Below the pieces are notes generated by a model. The model worked only from the letters and a program-made list of their open reading frames with translations. It was not told where the DNA came from and did no database searches. Both the position numbers and the translations under genes were made by a program. A stretch of 64,000 bases of DNA from an uncultured Gammaproteobacteria bacterium (GTDB lineage: Bacteria; Pseudomonadota; Gammaproteobacteria; Pseudomonadales; Azotimanducaceae), in NCBI GenBank assembly GCA_963735085.1, contig CAVTJP010000005.1, forward strand, positions 1,213,001-1,277,000, read 5' to 3'. Below, one piece after another: positions 18,305-29,019 of this stretch. Each line of letters begins with the position of its first letter. Position 1 is the first letter of the stretch.

Positions 18305-19465
18305 TCAGGCGGCGCGCAGCGCCTCGGCGAGTGCCGCAGCCTTGTCGGTGCGCTCCCACGTGAACTGTGATTCGGTGCGTCCAAAATGCCCATAGGCTGA
18401 AGTCTGTCGAAAGATCGGCCTCTTCAGATCCAGCATGGCGATGAGTCCGCGCGGCCGCAGGTCGAAATGTTCGCGAATCAACCTGACGATCTGCTCGTCG
18501 GATAGCTTGCCGGTGCCGAACGTGTTGACGCTGATCGACGTCGGTTCGGCGACCCCGATCGCGTAGCTGACTTGAATCTCGCAGCGTTCGGCGATACCCG
18601 ATGCGACGATGTTCTTTGCGACATAGCGTGTGGCATACGCTGCCGAGCGGTCCACCTTCGAGGGATCTTTTCCCGAGAATGCCCCGCCGCCGTGCCGTGC
18701 CATGCCGCCGTACGTATCGACGATGATTTTACGGCCGGTCAGTCCGCAGTCGCCGACAGGCCCGCCGATGACGAATTTTCCGGTCGGGTTGATGTACACC
18801 TTCGTTGTCTTCGTCATCCAGTTGCCGGGCAATGTCGGTTTGATGATCTCTTCTTGGACCGCTTCGTGGAGATCCTTTTGCGAGATGTCGGGGTCATGCT
18901 GCGTCGACAGCACCACCGCCTCGATGCCCAGCGGCTTGCCATCCTCGCCATAGCGAAACGTCAGTTGGCTCTTCGCGTCCGGGCGTAGAAACGAACATTT
19001 GCCGTTGCGACGCACTTCTGCCTGCTTCTGCATCAGGCGGTGCGCATACGTGATCGGTGCCGGCATGAAAACGTCGGTCTCGTTGGTTGCATAACCGAAC
19101 ATCAAACCCTGGTCGCCGGCGCCCTGCTCACGATCGCCGGTCTCGTCGACACCCACCGCGATATCGACCGACTGTCGGCCGAGTGCGTTCACCACCGTGC
19201 AGTCGTCAGGATCGAAGCCGCATGCGCGGTCGTAGCCGATGTCCTTGATCACTTGGCGAACGAGTCGGTCGAGGTGCACGTCGGCCGTCGAACGCGTTTC
19301 GCCGGCGATCACCACGATCCCGGTCTTGATCAGTGTTTCGCACGCGACGCGCGATTCGGAATCCTGCGCGAGCATCGCGTCGAGGACTGCATCGGAAATC
19401 TGGTCGGCCATTTTGTCGGGGTGGCCTTCACCTACCGACTCAGATGTAAACACGCTGTAGTCCAC
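18305..19465 (-). CDS. metK: S-adenosylmethionine synthetase
   Basis: [25 protein letters not shown] and [16 protein letters not shown] signatures. GTG start. Confidence 0.97.
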   Translation of the reverse strand: MDYSVFTSESVGEGHPDKMADQISDAVLDAMLAQDSESRVACETLIKTGIVVIAGETRSTADVHLDRLVRQVIKDIGYDRACGFDPDDCTVVNALGRQSVDIAVGVDETGDREQGAGDQGLMFGYATNETDVFMPAPITYAHRLMQKQAEVRRNGKCSFLRPDAKSQLTFRYGEDGKPLGIEAVVLSTQHDPDISQKDLHEAVQEEIIKPTLPGNWMTKTTKVYINPTGKFVIGGPVGDCGLTGRKIIVDTYGGMARHGGGAFSGKDPSKVDRSAAYATRYVAKNIVASGIAERCEIQVSYAIGVAEPTSISVNTFGTGKLSDEQIVRLIREHFDLRPRGLIAMLDLKRPIFRQTSAYGHFGRTESQFTWERTDKAAALAEALRAA

Positions 19466-19604
19466 TATGAGAAATCCGCTAGCCTAAAGGCTCGGAATTC
19501 TAAGTGCTTAGCGCGCGCTTGGGTGTAAAAAATTGCGTGGCCGCCAATTTGTGTTGCAGCGGGCAAGCAACGACAATACCGGCCCTTTCGTGTCACGACT
19601 GCTT

Positions 19605-21608
19605 ATGCCTTCCGCAACGGAACGATCCAACGCGATCCGGGCTTTGGTAATGGACGCCGTACAGCAGGCCAACTCCGGTCATCCCGGCGCGCCGATGGGA
19701 CTGGCCGACGTCGGTGAAGTGCTGTGGCGCAACGTGCTGAAGCACAATCCGGCCAACCCCGCCTGGTTCGATCGCGACCGCTTCGTGTTGTCGAACGGCC
19801 ACGCATCGATGCTGTTGTACGCGATGCTGCACCTGTCCGGCTACGCGGTGACAATCAACGACATCAAACAATTCCGGCAGTTGCATTCGAAGACTGCCGG
19901 GCACCCTGAATTCCGGGAATGTCCTGGCGTCGAGACCACCACCGGTCCACTCGGACAGGGGTTCGCCAATGCCGTCGGCTTCGCGCTCGCCGAGCGTCAA
20001 CTCGCGCGAACGTTCAATCGCGATGGGTTCGAGGTCATCGATCACCGCACCTGGGTGATTGTCGGCGATGGATGCCTGATGGAAGGCATTTCGCACGAGG
20101 CGGCCTCGCTCGCCGGCACGCTGGCGCTGAGCAAATTAACCTGTATCTACGACGACAACGGCATCTCGATCGATGGCGAAACACATGGGTGGTTCACCGA
20201 AGATGTCGGCGCCCGATTCGAAGCCTATGGTTGGCGCGTCATCCGAGACGTCGACGGTCATGATTCGAATCTTGTTGCCGCTGCGCTCGATGCGGCGCTG
20301 AGCCAGGACAAGCCAACTTTGATCTGCTGCCGCACGTTGATTGGTTTTGGCGCGCCGACCAAACAAGGTACCGCGGCCACGCACGGCTCGCCGCTGGGTG
20401 CCAACGAGGTCGATCTGGCGCGCCGCACACTGAACTGGAATTATGCACCGTTCGAAGTACCGCAATCGATCTATGAAGAGTGGGATTGCCGCGCCGCCGG
20501 TGCGACACGCGAGCAATCCTGGCAGGCGTTGATGGAGGGATATCGTGGCGCGTTTCCCGAGGCTGCGCGTGAACTCGATCGCCGTATCGCCGGGCAGCTG
20601 CGTCAGGGATGGAACATCGAACTCGAGGAGGTTGCCCGCGCTGCGCAGGGCGCGCTGGAGAATCTCGAGACCCGTAAATCGTCGCAACGTTGCCTGGACG
20701 CGCTTGGAGCAGCAGTCCCGGAACTGATCGGTGGTTCGGCTGACCTGACCGGTTCCAACAACACGCGGTGGAATGGTGCGCGGGATGTGTCGGCTGCAAA
20801 CGGTGGCGATTACATCAGTTTCGGCGTGCGTGAATTCGCAATGACGGCGATCACCAACGGCATCGCACTGCATGGCGGATTCGTGCCGTTCTCCGGTACC
20901 TTTCTGATTTTCATGGAATACGCGCGCAACGCGGTGCGGCTGGCGTCTCTGATGCGTCTGCGCAATATCTTCGTCTACACGCACGATTCGGTGGCGTTAG
21001 GCGAAGATGGCCCGACGCACCAGCCGATCGAACAACTAGCGAACCTGCGGATGACGCCAAATCTCGCACTATGGCGCCCCTGCGATACCGTCGAGACGGC
21101 TTTTGCGTGGCGCGCTGCCGTTGCGCGCCACAACGGTCCAACGGCGCTGGTGCTGACGCGCCAGAAGACACAGGCGCAGTCCCGCGACATCGAAGTCTAC
21201 GAATCGATTGCGCGCGGGGGCTACGTGTTGGCCAGGGAAGCTGCGGCGCTTCAGGCAGTCATCATCGCAACGGGCTCGGAAGTCGAGCTTGCCATCGCGG
21301 CCGCGAAATTGCTCGCCAACGATGGCTTCGGGGTGCGCGTGGTATCGATGCCGAGCACAGACACATTTCTCTCCCAGGACGATGCGTACCGCGAGTCCGT
21401 CATACCGGCCGCCGTTCGGGCGCGCGTTGCCGTCGAAGCGGCGCATCCAGGGTATTGGTATCGCTTCGTGGGGCTCGACGGTGCCGTTGTCGGCATCGAG
21501 CGCTTCGGGTTGTCGGCCCCGGGCGCACAGGCGATGGAGGCGCTGGGCATGACGGTGGAAAGGATTGTGGCAGCCGTGCGCAGCTGCATCAGGAGTGGCG
21601 CAGCATGA
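19605..21608 (+). CDS. tkt: Transketolase
   Basis: Collinear with E. coli TktA ([54 protein letters not shown]). Start at the internal ATG at 19605. Confidence 0.95.
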   Translation: MPSATERSNAIRALVMDAVQQANSGHPGAPMGLADVGEVLWRNVLKHNPANPAWFDRDRFVLSNGHASMLLYAMLHLSGYAVTINDIKQFRQLHSKTAGHPEFRECPGVETTTGPLGQGFANAVGFALAERQLARTFNRDGFEVIDHRTWVIVGDGCLMEGISHEAASLAGTLALSKLTCIYDDNGISIDGETHGWFTEDVGARFEAYGWRVIRDVDGHDSNLVAAALDAALSQDKPTLICCRTLIGFGAPTKQGTAATHGSPLGANEVDLARRTLNWNYAPFEVPQSIYEEWDCRAAGATREQSWQALMEGYRGAFPEAARELDRRIAGQLRQGWNIELEEVARAAQGALENLETRKSSQRCLDALGAAVPELIGGSADLTGSNNTRWNGARDVSAANGGDYISFGVREFAMTAITNGIALHGGFVPFSGTFLIFMEYARNAVRLASLMRLRNIFVYTHDSVALGEDGPTHQPIEQLANLRMTPNLALWRPCDTVETAFAWRAAVARHNGPTALVLTRQKTQAQSRDIEVYESIARGGYVLAREAAALQAVIIATGSEVELAIAAAKLLANDGFGVRVVSMPSTDTFLSQDDAYRESVIPAAVRARVAVEAAHPGYWYRFVGLDGAVVGIERFGLSAPGAQAMEALGMTVERIVAAVRSCIRSGAA

Positions 21609-22795
21609 CCGTACTTGCGATGAACGATGTGTCTCTCGCGGGCAAGAAGGTGCTGATACGTGAAGATTTGAACGTACCGATGAAGCACGGCGCCATCGCA
21701 AGTGACATAAGGGTCATTGCGGCGCTGCCGACGCTCGAACGCGCGCTGGCGCAGGGTGCAGCCGTCATGATCGTGTCGCACCTGGGGCGGCCGACGGAAG
21801 GCGCCGACGCGGGCCGCGAGCCGGAGTTCAGCCTGGCGCCGGTCGCGAACCGACTGACGCAACTGCTGAAGCGCGATGTCCCGCTCGTCAGCGATTGGAT
21901 CGACGGCGTCGAGATTGCGCCGGGACAGATCAAGCTGCTCGAAAATGTCCGCTGGCTGAACGGTGAGGCCGCAGACGACGATGCGCTGGCGCGACGAATG
22001 GCAAAGCTGTGCGACGTTTTCGTCATGGATGCATTTGGCACCGCACACCGCGCGCAGGTATCCACACACGGAATCGCAAAATACGCGCCGATTGCCTGCG
22101 CGGGTCCGCTGCTCGTGGAAGAACTCGATGCATTGCGCCAGGCGCTCGCGAATCCCGCCAGGCCGATGCTGGCAGTGGTCGGCGGCTCGAAGGTGTCCAC
22201 TAAACTCGACGTGCTGGACCGATTGGCCGAGATTGCGGATGCGATCATCGTCGGCGGTGGTATCGCCAACACGTTCATTGCGGCGCGCGGCTACGGTGTC
22301 GGCAAGTCACTGTGTGAATTCGATCTGCTGGACACCGCGCGTCGGATCGCGGAAAAAGTCGAGGTGCCGCTGCCGGTCGATGTCATGGTCGCGCCGAAAC
22401 TCGACGGGTCAGTGCCCGCCACGTTGCGTCTGGTCGATGACGTGCGGGACGACGAGATGATTCTCGACATCGGCCCGGAAACGGCCCGGCGGTTTGCGAA
22501 GCGGTTGGAGACCGCCGGGACGATTCTCTGGAACGGGCCAGTGGGTGTATTCGAGTTCGATCAGTTTGGCGAGGGTACGCGCGTGCTGGCAGAAGCGATT
22601 GCGGCGAGTCCGGCATTTTCGATTGCCGGCGGCGGCGATACGCTGGCGGCAATCGACAAATACGGTGTAACCGATGCAATCTCGTACATCTCGACTGGCG
22701 GCGGCGCGTTCCTGGAATTTGTCGAAGGGAAAAAGCTGCCGGCGGTCGCAGTTCTCGAAGCCCGGGCGATGGCGACTCGGGCAGAGCCACAGTAG
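21605..22795 (+). CDS. pgk: Phosphoglycerate kinase
   Basis: [21 protein letters not shown] and [10 protein letters not shown] motifs. The ATG overlaps the tkt stop (ATGA). The long upstream extension of the ORF is rejected. Confidence 0.95.
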   Translation: MTVLAMNDVSLAGKKVLIREDLNVPMKHGAIASDIRVIAALPTLERALAQGAAVMIVSHLGRPTEGADAGREPEFSLAPVANRLTQLLKRDVPLVSDWIDGVEIAPGQIKLLENVRWLNGEAADDDALARRMAKLCDVFVMDAFGTAHRAQVSTHGIAKYAPIACAGPLLVEELDALRQALANPARPMLAVVGGSKVSTKLDVLDRLAEIADAIIVGGGIANTFIAARGYGVGKSLCEFDLLDTARRIAEKVEVPLPVDVMVAPKLDGSVPATLRLVDDVRDDEMILDIGPETARRFAKRLETAGTILWNGPVGVFEFDQFGEGTRVLAEAIAASPAFSIAGGGDTLAAIDKYGVTDAISYISTGGGAFLEFVEGKKLPAVAVLEARAMATRAEPQ

Positions 22796-22820
22796 CCGGA
22801 TCAGTAGAGCCAAGGAGTAG

Positions 22821-23888
22821 ATGATGCCGATGATCAGCATGCGCCAACTGTTGGATCACGCCGCCGAACACGACTACGGCGTGCCGGCGTTCAACGTCAA
22901 CAATCTCGAGCAGATGCGCGCCATCATGGAGGGTGCCGCGGCGACCGACAGCCCGGTCATCGTGCAGGCTTCGGCGGGCGCACGAAAATACGCCGGCGCA
23001 ACGTTTCTGCGGCATCTGATTCTCGCGGCGATCGAGGAATTTCCGCAGATTCCGATCGTCATGCACCAGGATCATGGTGCGTCGCCGGCAGTGTGTCAGC
23101 GTTCCATCCAACTCGGCTTCTCGTCGGTGATGATGGACGGGTCTCTGCGCGACGATCAGAAAACGCCCGCCGAGTACGACTACAACGTGGAGGTGACGCG
23201 TCGTGTCGTCGACATGGCGCATGCTTGCGGGGTATCTGTGGAAGGTGAACTCGGTTGCCTGGGATCACTGGAAACCGGCATGGGCGGCGAGGAAGACGGC
23301 GGTGGTCATGAGGGCTCGTTATCGCTGGACATGTTGCTCACCGATGCGGAGCAGGCTGCCGATTTCGTCAAACAGACCCATGTGGACGCACTGGCGATCG
23401 CGATTGGCACGTCGCATGGCGCGTATAAATTCAGCCGTCCGCCGACCGGCGATATTCTCGCAATCGATCGCGTGAAGGAGATCCACGCACGCATTCCCAA
23501 TACGCATCTGGTGATGCACGGTTCGTCTTCGGTGCCACAGGATCTGCTGGCGATCATCAACGAATACGGCGGCGATCTGGGTGAAACATATGGCGTGCCG
23601 GTCGAGGAAATCCAGGAAGGCATAAAAAACGGAGTCCGCAAGGTGAATATCGACACCGACCTGCGTCTCGCCAGTACCGCGGCGATCCGAAAGTTCCTCG
23701 CACAGCACAAGAAAGAGTTCGATCCACGCAAGTATCTCGCGGAAACGACGAAGGCAATGACGAAGATCGTCATCGCGCGATACGAGGCATTCGGCACGGC
23801 GGGCAAAGCGTCGAAGCTGAAGCCGATACAACTTGAAGAAATGTTCAAGCGCTACGAACGAGGCGACCTGGACCCGATTGTCAACTGA
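22821..23888 (+). CDS. fba: Class II fructose-1,6-bisphosphate aldolase (Calvin-cycle subtype)
   Basis: Near full-length similarity to Pseudomonas Fba ([37 protein letters not shown]). Confidence 0.95.
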   Translation: MMPMISMRQLLDHAAEHDYGVPAFNVNNLEQMRAIMEGAAATDSPVIVQASAGARKYAGATFLRHLILAAIEEFPQIPIVMHQDHGASPAVCQRSIQLGFSSVMMDGSLRDDQKTPAEYDYNVEVTRRVVDMAHACGVSVEGELGCLGSLETGMGGEEDGGGHEGSLSLDMLLTDAEQAADFVKQTHVDALAIAIGTSHGAYKFSRPPTGDILAIDRVKEIHARIPNTHLVMHGSSSVPQDLLAIINEYGGDLGETYGVPVEEIQEGIKNGVRKVNIDTDLRLASTAAIRKFLAQHKKEFDPRKYLAETTKAMTKIVIARYEAFGTAGKASKLKPIQLEEMFKRYERGDLDPIVN

Positions 23889-23895
23889 CACTCAG

Positions 23896-24876
23896 GTGCC
23901 ATTCGATCCGCAGGTACTGCGCGACACGCTCAAACCGTTGGTTCCGGGTCAAACGACGATTTTGACACTGGATCAGCAACGGTATCTACGCCACTACGGC
24001 ATTCATTTCAGCGAATCGAATGCAGCGATCGAGCACTGGTTCGGTCGGATCGACAGCCCGTTGCATCAACTCGCGGCGCATGTGTGGCGCCCCGAAGATG
24101 CCGTCGGCACGTCTATGGTGTTGCACGGCTACTATGACCATGTCGGCTTGTATGGGCACTTGATCGGTCATCTGCTCGACCGGCGTCAGACGGTGCTGGC
24201 GTTCGATCTGCCCGGTCATGGATTGTCGAGCGGCGCGCCCGCCACGATCGACAGCTTCGATGATTATGTAGCCGCGTTCGACGCGTGCATGGACGGCCTC
24301 CACGCGTGGTTGCCGAAGCCTTGGAGTCTGCTCGGGCAGAGTACCGGCGGCGCAATCGCGATGGAATGGCTGCTGGTGAACGGACTGACGCGTACTACGT
24401 CGCCGTTTGATCACGTGATTCTGCTGGCGCCGCTGGTGCGTCCAGCGTCCTGGCGCCTCAGTCGAATTGTCTACCAGGTTGCGCGGCGTCTGGTTGCCGA
24501 ACGGCCTCGCGGCTGGTCGGACAACGCCGACAACCAGGAATTTCTTACCTTTCTCCGCGAGCGGGATCCGCTGCAAGCGAAGACGCTGCCCGTTCAATGG
24601 GTGACGGCGATGGTCGCATGGATGCGTCGGTTCCAAACGTATCAACCAACAGACGTTGCGCCGCTGGTGATTCAGGGTCAGGCAGACAACACTGTCGATT
24701 GGCACTACAACATGCGTGTGATCGAGCGCCTGTTTGAACCACAAATCGTGTATCTCCGCGAAGCTCGCCATCACCTCGTCAATGAGTCACCGGCGTTGCG
24801 TGAGCGCCTGTTCGCTTTGATCGATCAGAATATGTCTGAAACCAAAGCCGTATTTGCTATGGGGAAATCAAAATGA
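23896..24876 (+). CDS. Alpha/beta-hydrolase (lysophospholipase-like)
   Basis: HG oxyanion motif (MVLHGYYDH) and nucleophile elbow GQSTGG. Start uncertain: the GTG at 23896 is chosen to avoid overlapping fba, and the ATG at 23833 is the alternative. Confidence 0.65.
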   Translation: MPFDPQVLRDTLKPLVPGQTTILTLDQQRYLRHYGIHFSESNAAIEHWFGRIDSPLHQLAAHVWRPEDAVGTSMVLHGYYDHVGLYGHLIGHLLDRRQTVLAFDLPGHGLSSGAPATIDSFDDYVAAFDACMDGLHAWLPKPWSLLGQSTGGAIAMEWLLVNGLTRTTSPFDHVILLAPLVRPASWRLSRIVYQVARRLVAERPRGWSDNADNQEFLTFLRERDPLQAKTLPVQWVTAMVAWMRRFQTYQPTDVAPLVIQGQADNTVDWHYNMRVIERLFEPQIVYLREARHHLVNESPALRERLFALIDQNMSETKAVFAMGKSK

Positions 24877-25532
24877 TTCGTTCGTCCGTGGTGATTATGC
24901 TGTTTGCGTGTGTGGCTGCGCTGGCTCCGGCTCGAGGTGATGCTGCATCGGCCAAGGTGGAGACGTCTTACGACGGTTTGCAGCGTCGCGACAGCAAGGT
25001 GTTCGAGCACTTGTGGGTGCGGAAATATTTCGATGTGCGCAGCTATCACAAGATCATGTTCAAAGCGCCTCACATTGAATATCGACGGGTGATGGAGGGC
25101 GGCGGTCAGAATCCGTCCGGATTCGCGGTAACCCAGCGGCAGAAAGATTCGCTCTACGAAATCGTCGGTAAGGCCTTTCGGACTGAGCTTGCAAAGAGCA
25201 AATCGTTCACGCTGACCACTGAACCCGGCCCCGACGTACTCATCATTCGAGGCGATTTGCTGGATGTGACGTCGTTTGTGCCGCCGAGCGCCAACGGACG
25301 CAACGATCTACTGACCGTTGCAGAGATCGGTGAGGCGACGCTGGTGATGGAACTCTACGATTCGTTGTCAGATTCGATCATGGTTCGCGTGATGGAACGG
25401 GTCGCTGCCACGCACGACCCGAATGCTCCCCCAACCACGGCTGCCGATGCCGTGCAGCGCACGGCCACGCAATGGGCGCGCATTCTGCGCGAACGCCTTG
25501 ATTCGGCTGCGAGCATTCCGATCAATCAGTAG
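24873..25532 (+). CDS. Exported hypothetical protein (possibly DUF3313-like)
   Basis: N-terminal signal peptide (VVIMLFACVAALAPARG). ATGA overlap with the upstream hydrolase. No catalytic motif recognised. Confidence 0.5.
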   Translation: MIRSSVVIMLFACVAALAPARGDAASAKVETSYDGLQRRDSKVFEHLWVRKYFDVRSYHKIMFKAPHIEYRRVMEGGGQNPSGFAVTQRQKDSLYEIVGKAFRTELAKSKSFTLTTEPGPDVLIIRGDLLDVTSFVPPSANGRNDLLTVAEIGEATLVMELYDSLSDSIMVRVMERVAATHDPNAPPTTAADAVQRTATQWARILRERLDSAASIPINQ

Positions 25533-25556
25533 CGCAGACCGGTAGCGCAAAGCGCC

Positions 25557-26786
25557 TCAAAACAGAACGCGCGTTCGTAGTGTTCCGTTGATGGTGCGGA
25601 GCTTTTCCAGCGCAAGCCGACTGTGCTCTGCCTCGACGTCGATCACGACGTAGCCGATGTCGGCGTTGGTCTGCAGATACTGCGCCGCAATGTTGATGCC
25701 GCCTTCGCCGAACACGCGGTTGATGTCCGACAGCACGCCCGGCACGTTGCGATGTATGTGAAGCAGACGGTGACTGGACGGATGCGGCGGCAACGCGACC
25801 TCCGGGAAATTCACCGCTGACAGCGAGGAGCCGTTGTCGCTGTAACGAATCAGCTTGTCAGCGACTTCTGCGCCGATGTTCTCCTGCGCTTCGGCGGTGC
25901 TGCCTCCGATGTGCGGTGTCAGCAGCACGTTGCTGCAATCCATCAGTGGTGAAACGAACGGATCGTCGTTTGACTTCGGCTCGGTCGGATAGACGTCGAT
26001 CGCCGCGCCGAGCAGGCGTTGATCGCGCAATGCAACCGCAAGCGCATCGAGATCGACGACATTGCCGCGCGATGCGTTGATGAACACGGCGGTGGGCTTC
26101 AGGCGTGCCAGTTCGGGTGCGCCGATCATGTCGCGCGTTTCCGGCGTCGCCGGGACGTGCAACGTCACCACATCGCTCGTCGACAGCAGCTGGTCGAGCG
26201 AGTCCAGTTGCCGGGCGTTGCCCAGATTCAGGCGCTTGACGACATCGAAGAACTGCACGTGCATGCCGAGCGCTTCGGCCAGTACGCCGAGTTGCGAACC
26301 GATGTTGCCGTAGCCGATTACACCGAGCGTCTTGCCGCGGATTTCGAAACTGGCGGCTGCGCTCTTCTGCCAGATACCCTGTTTCAACAGACCGTGTTTC
26401 TCCGGAATACCGCGTAGCAGCAGCACGGCTTCGGCCAGCACCAGTTCGGCGACACTGCGGGTGTTTGAAAATGGCGCGTTGAACACAGGCACGCCGCGCA
26501 ACATCGCATCCTTCAGCGCCACCTGATTCGTGCCGATGCAGAAGCAACCGACCGCAATCAGTCGATGCGCCTCGGCAAGCACCTCTTCGGTGACTTGCGT
26601 GCGACTGCGAATGCCGAGCATGTGGGCATCCGCCAGCGCGTGCGCGAGTTCATCGCCTTGCAGCGCGGCCGAACGATGGTCGATGTTGTGGTAGCCGGCG
26701 GCGTGGAAACGCTCGATGGCCGATGCATGCACGCCTTCGAGCAGAAGAATTCTGATCTTGTCTTTGTCGAACGACGTCTGGCTCAT
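25557..26786 (-). CDS. serA: D-3-phosphoglycerate dehydrogenase (with ACT domain)
   Basis: 409 aa. GVIGYGNIGSQ NAD motif, RG..VD and HIGGST catalytic motifs, C-terminal ACT-like region. Confidence 0.93.
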   Translation of the reverse strand: MSQTSFDKDKIRILLLEGVHASAIERFHAAGYHNIDHRSAALQGDELAHALADAHMLGIRSRTQVTEEVLAEAHRLIAVGCFCIGTNQVALKDAMLRGVPVFNAPFSNTRSVAELVLAEAVLLLRGIPEKHGLLKQGIWQKSAAASFEIRGKTLGVIGYGNIGSQLGVLAEALGMHVQFFDVVKRLNLGNARQLDSLDQLLSTSDVVTLHVPATPETRDMIGAPELARLKPTAVFINASRGNVVDLDALAVALRDQRLLGAAIDVYPTEPKSNDDPFVSPLMDCSNVLLTPHIGGSTAEAQENIGAEVADKLIRYSDNGSSLSAVNFPEVALPPHPSSHRLLHIHRNVPGVLSDINRVFGEGGINIAAQYLQTNADIGYVVIDVEAEHSRLALEKLRTINGTLRTRVLF

Positions 26787-26855
26787 TGTGTTTTGAGAGT
26801 GGTCGCGAAAAAAGGCGCCTATACTAACGTCTCCACTACCCGCCGCGCCTGGAAC

Positions 26856-28226
26856 ATGATCGAAGCACTCAATGAATTACTTTCACCGAGGCTGGTGCGA
26901 AGCGATGCGGAATCGTTGTCGGTGTGGGGACGTGACTGGACGCGCAGCTTCACCGTCGCGCCGTCTGCGATCGTGTTTCCGGAGACCGTCGAACAGGTCG
27001 TTGCGTTGGTTGGTAGTGCCAACGAGCACGGCTGGTCGTTGGTGCCGTCGGGTGGCCGCACGGGATTGTCCGGCGGCGCGGTCGCCTCGAACGGCGAGAT
27101 CGTCGTGTCGTTCGACCGGATGAATCGCATTCTGGATTTCAATGCGGCCGATCGAATCGTTCGATGCCAGGCGGGTGTCGTCACGGAAAACCTGCAGGCA
27201 TACGCGGCTGAACAAGGATTGTTCTATCCGGTCGATTTCGCGTCGTCCGGGTCGAGCCAGATCGGCGGCAATATCGCGACGAACGCCGGTGGCATTCGGG
27301 TGATTCGTCACGGTATGACGCGCGACTGGGTGGCCGGCTTGAAGGTGGTCACCGGTACCGGCGCAATACTCGATCTGAATCACGGGCTCATCAAGAACGC
27401 CACGGGCTACGATTTGCGCCACGTATTCGTTGGCTCCGAAGGAACGCTGGGCTTCGTCGTAGAGGCGCAAATGCGACTCGCACCGGCGCCCGCTCCGCAA
27501 ATGGTGATGGTGCTCGGTGTCGAGCAGTTTCGCGACATCTTGAGTGTACTGGCGCGATTTCGCAGTGCCCTAACGTTGTCTGCGTTCGAATTTTTCTCGG
27601 AACTCGCGTTGCAGAAGGTTGTAGCGCATCGCAAATTGCGGCGTCCACTGGAGCGCACTGCCGCGTTCTACGCATTGATCGAATTCGACGCTGACACGCT
27701 CGACGCCGCGTTACAGGCGTTCGAGGCGAGCGTCGCAGACGGTTGGGTCGACGACGGCGTCGTCAGTCAGAGCGCGGCGCAAGCGGCGGAACTCTGGCAG
27801 TTGCGCGAGGGCATTTCAGAGAGCATCGCCACTTATACGCCTTACAAGAACGACGTTTCGGTGAGAATCTCGGCGATGCCGGAATTCCTCGCGCAGGTGG
27901 ATGCCATCGTGGCGGATGCATATCCCGATCTCGATGTCTGCTGGTATGGCCACATCGGCGACGGCAATCTGCATCTGAATATTCTGAAGCCTGGATCGCT
28001 CTCGATCGAAGCATTCTTCGAGCGCTGCCACGACATCAGCCCGCGAATATTCGAAGTCGTCGCCGATCACGACGGCAGCATCTCCGCCGAACACGGCGTT
28101 GGCCTGTTGAAGCGAGAATTTCTGCACTACAGCCGCAGCGAAGCCGAGGTGTCCGCGATGCGCGCGTTGAAGGCGGTGTTCGATCCGAACTGCGTGATGA
28201 ATCCGGGGAAACTGCTGACGCGGTAG
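26856..28226 (+). CDS. FAD-linked oxidase, GlcD/D-2-hydroxyglutarate dehydrogenase-like
   Basis: FAD_binding_4-type motifs (PSGGRTGLSGGAV, NAGG) and a C-terminal HIGDGNLH...ISAEHGVG motif. Start set at the ATG at 26856, because the longer ORF runs antisense into serA. Confidence 0.8.
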   Translation: MIEALNELLSPRLVRSDAESLSVWGRDWTRSFTVAPSAIVFPETVEQVVALVGSANEHGWSLVPSGGRTGLSGGAVASNGEIVVSFDRMNRILDFNAADRIVRCQAGVVTENLQAYAAEQGLFYPVDFASSGSSQIGGNIATNAGGIRVIRHGMTRDWVAGLKVVTGTGAILDLNHGLIKNATGYDLRHVFVGSEGTLGFVVEAQMRLAPAPAPQMVMVLGVEQFRDILSVLARFRSALTLSAFEFFSELALQKVVAHRKLRRPLERTAAFYALIEFDADTLDAALQAFEASVADGWVDDGVVSQSAAQAAELWQLREGISESIATYTPYKNDVSVRISAMPEFLAQVDAIVADAYPDLDVCWYGHIGDGNLHLNILKPGSLSIEAFFERCHDISPRIFEVVADHDGSISAEHGVGLLKREFLHYSRSEAEVSAMRALKAVFDPNCVMNPGKLLTR

Positions 28227-28236
28227 CGTCCAAACG

Positions 28237-28902
28237 CTACAGAGTTCGCACGCCGTTGGCGCCGCCGACAATGACCACATCGGCAGCCTGCGCCGCAAAG
28301 ATGCCGTTGCAGACCACGCCCACGATGTTGTTGATGCGCGTCTCCATCGTCGCCGGATCAGTCATGTCGATCCCGTGCACGTCAAGAATGATATTGCCGT
28401 TGTCGGTGACGACGCCTTCGCGATACACCGGCCGACCGCCCAGCGCCACCAGTGCCCGCGCGGCCAGGCCGCGGGCAATCGGTATCACTTCGACCGGCAG
28501 CGGAGACGCATCGAGCGTCGGCACCAGTTTGCTTTCGTCGACGATGCAGACGAATTCGTTGCTTGATGCCGCAACGATTTTCTCTCGAGTGAGCGCGCCG
28601 CCGGCACCTTTAATCAGTTGTTTTGCCGGGTTCACCGCGTCGGCGCCGTCGACGTAAACGAGCACTTCCGGCACCGCGTTGAGATCGAGCACGATAATGC
28701 CGTGTGCCCGCAACCGCGCCGCGGATGCTTCGGAACTCGCAACCGCCGCGTCGAAATGCCCTCGCAACTCACCGAGCGCATCGATGAACAGGTTCGCGGT
28801 CGTGCCGGTACCTACACCAACGATGCTGTTATTGCGCAAGCGCGGCTTGATCAGCTCGATTGCCGCCTGGGCCGCAGCACGCTTGAATGCTTCGGCACTC
28901 AT
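28237..28902 (-). CDS. rpiA: Ribose-5-phosphate isomerase A
   Basis: [15 protein letters not shown] and [11 protein letters not shown] motifs. Confidence 0.93.
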   Translation of the reverse strand: MSAEAFKRAAAQAAIELIKPRLRNNSIVGVGTGTTANLFIDALGELRGHFDAAVASSEASAARLRAHGIIVLDLNAVPEVLVYVDGADAVNPAKQLIKGAGGALTREKIVAASSNEFVCIVDESKLVPTLDASPLPVEVIPIARGLAARALVALGGRPVYREGVVTDNGNIILDVHGIDMTDPATMETRINNIVGVVCNGIFAAQAADVVIVGGANGVRTL

Positions 28903-29019
28903 CGACTCTCTCTCTTTGACAGGTTGCGTTTCGATGGCTCCTGTGTGGACGACATAGCACTGCCCCTTTAGTATGACGCCGCCTCATCGACACGCGTCTT
29001 CCTCGCCAACGGCATCTGC

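Noticed and set aside
19466-19604. Possible SAM riboswitch in the metK 5' leader
   Set aside because: I could not recognise SAM-I, SAM-II or SAM-V conserved cores by eye, only a weak 4-bp hairpin. It needs an Infernal scan (RF00162, RF00521, RF01826) before any claim.
21071-21604. N-terminal 178-aa extension of the pgk ORF
   Set aside because: The extension overlaps the 3' third of tkt in another frame and is Arg/Gly-rich nonsense. The canonical Pgk N-terminus begins at the ATG at 21605.
26565-26855. Upstream extension of the FAD-oxidase ORF
   Set aside because: It runs antisense through the 5' end of serA. The conserved protein begins at MIEALNELL (26856).
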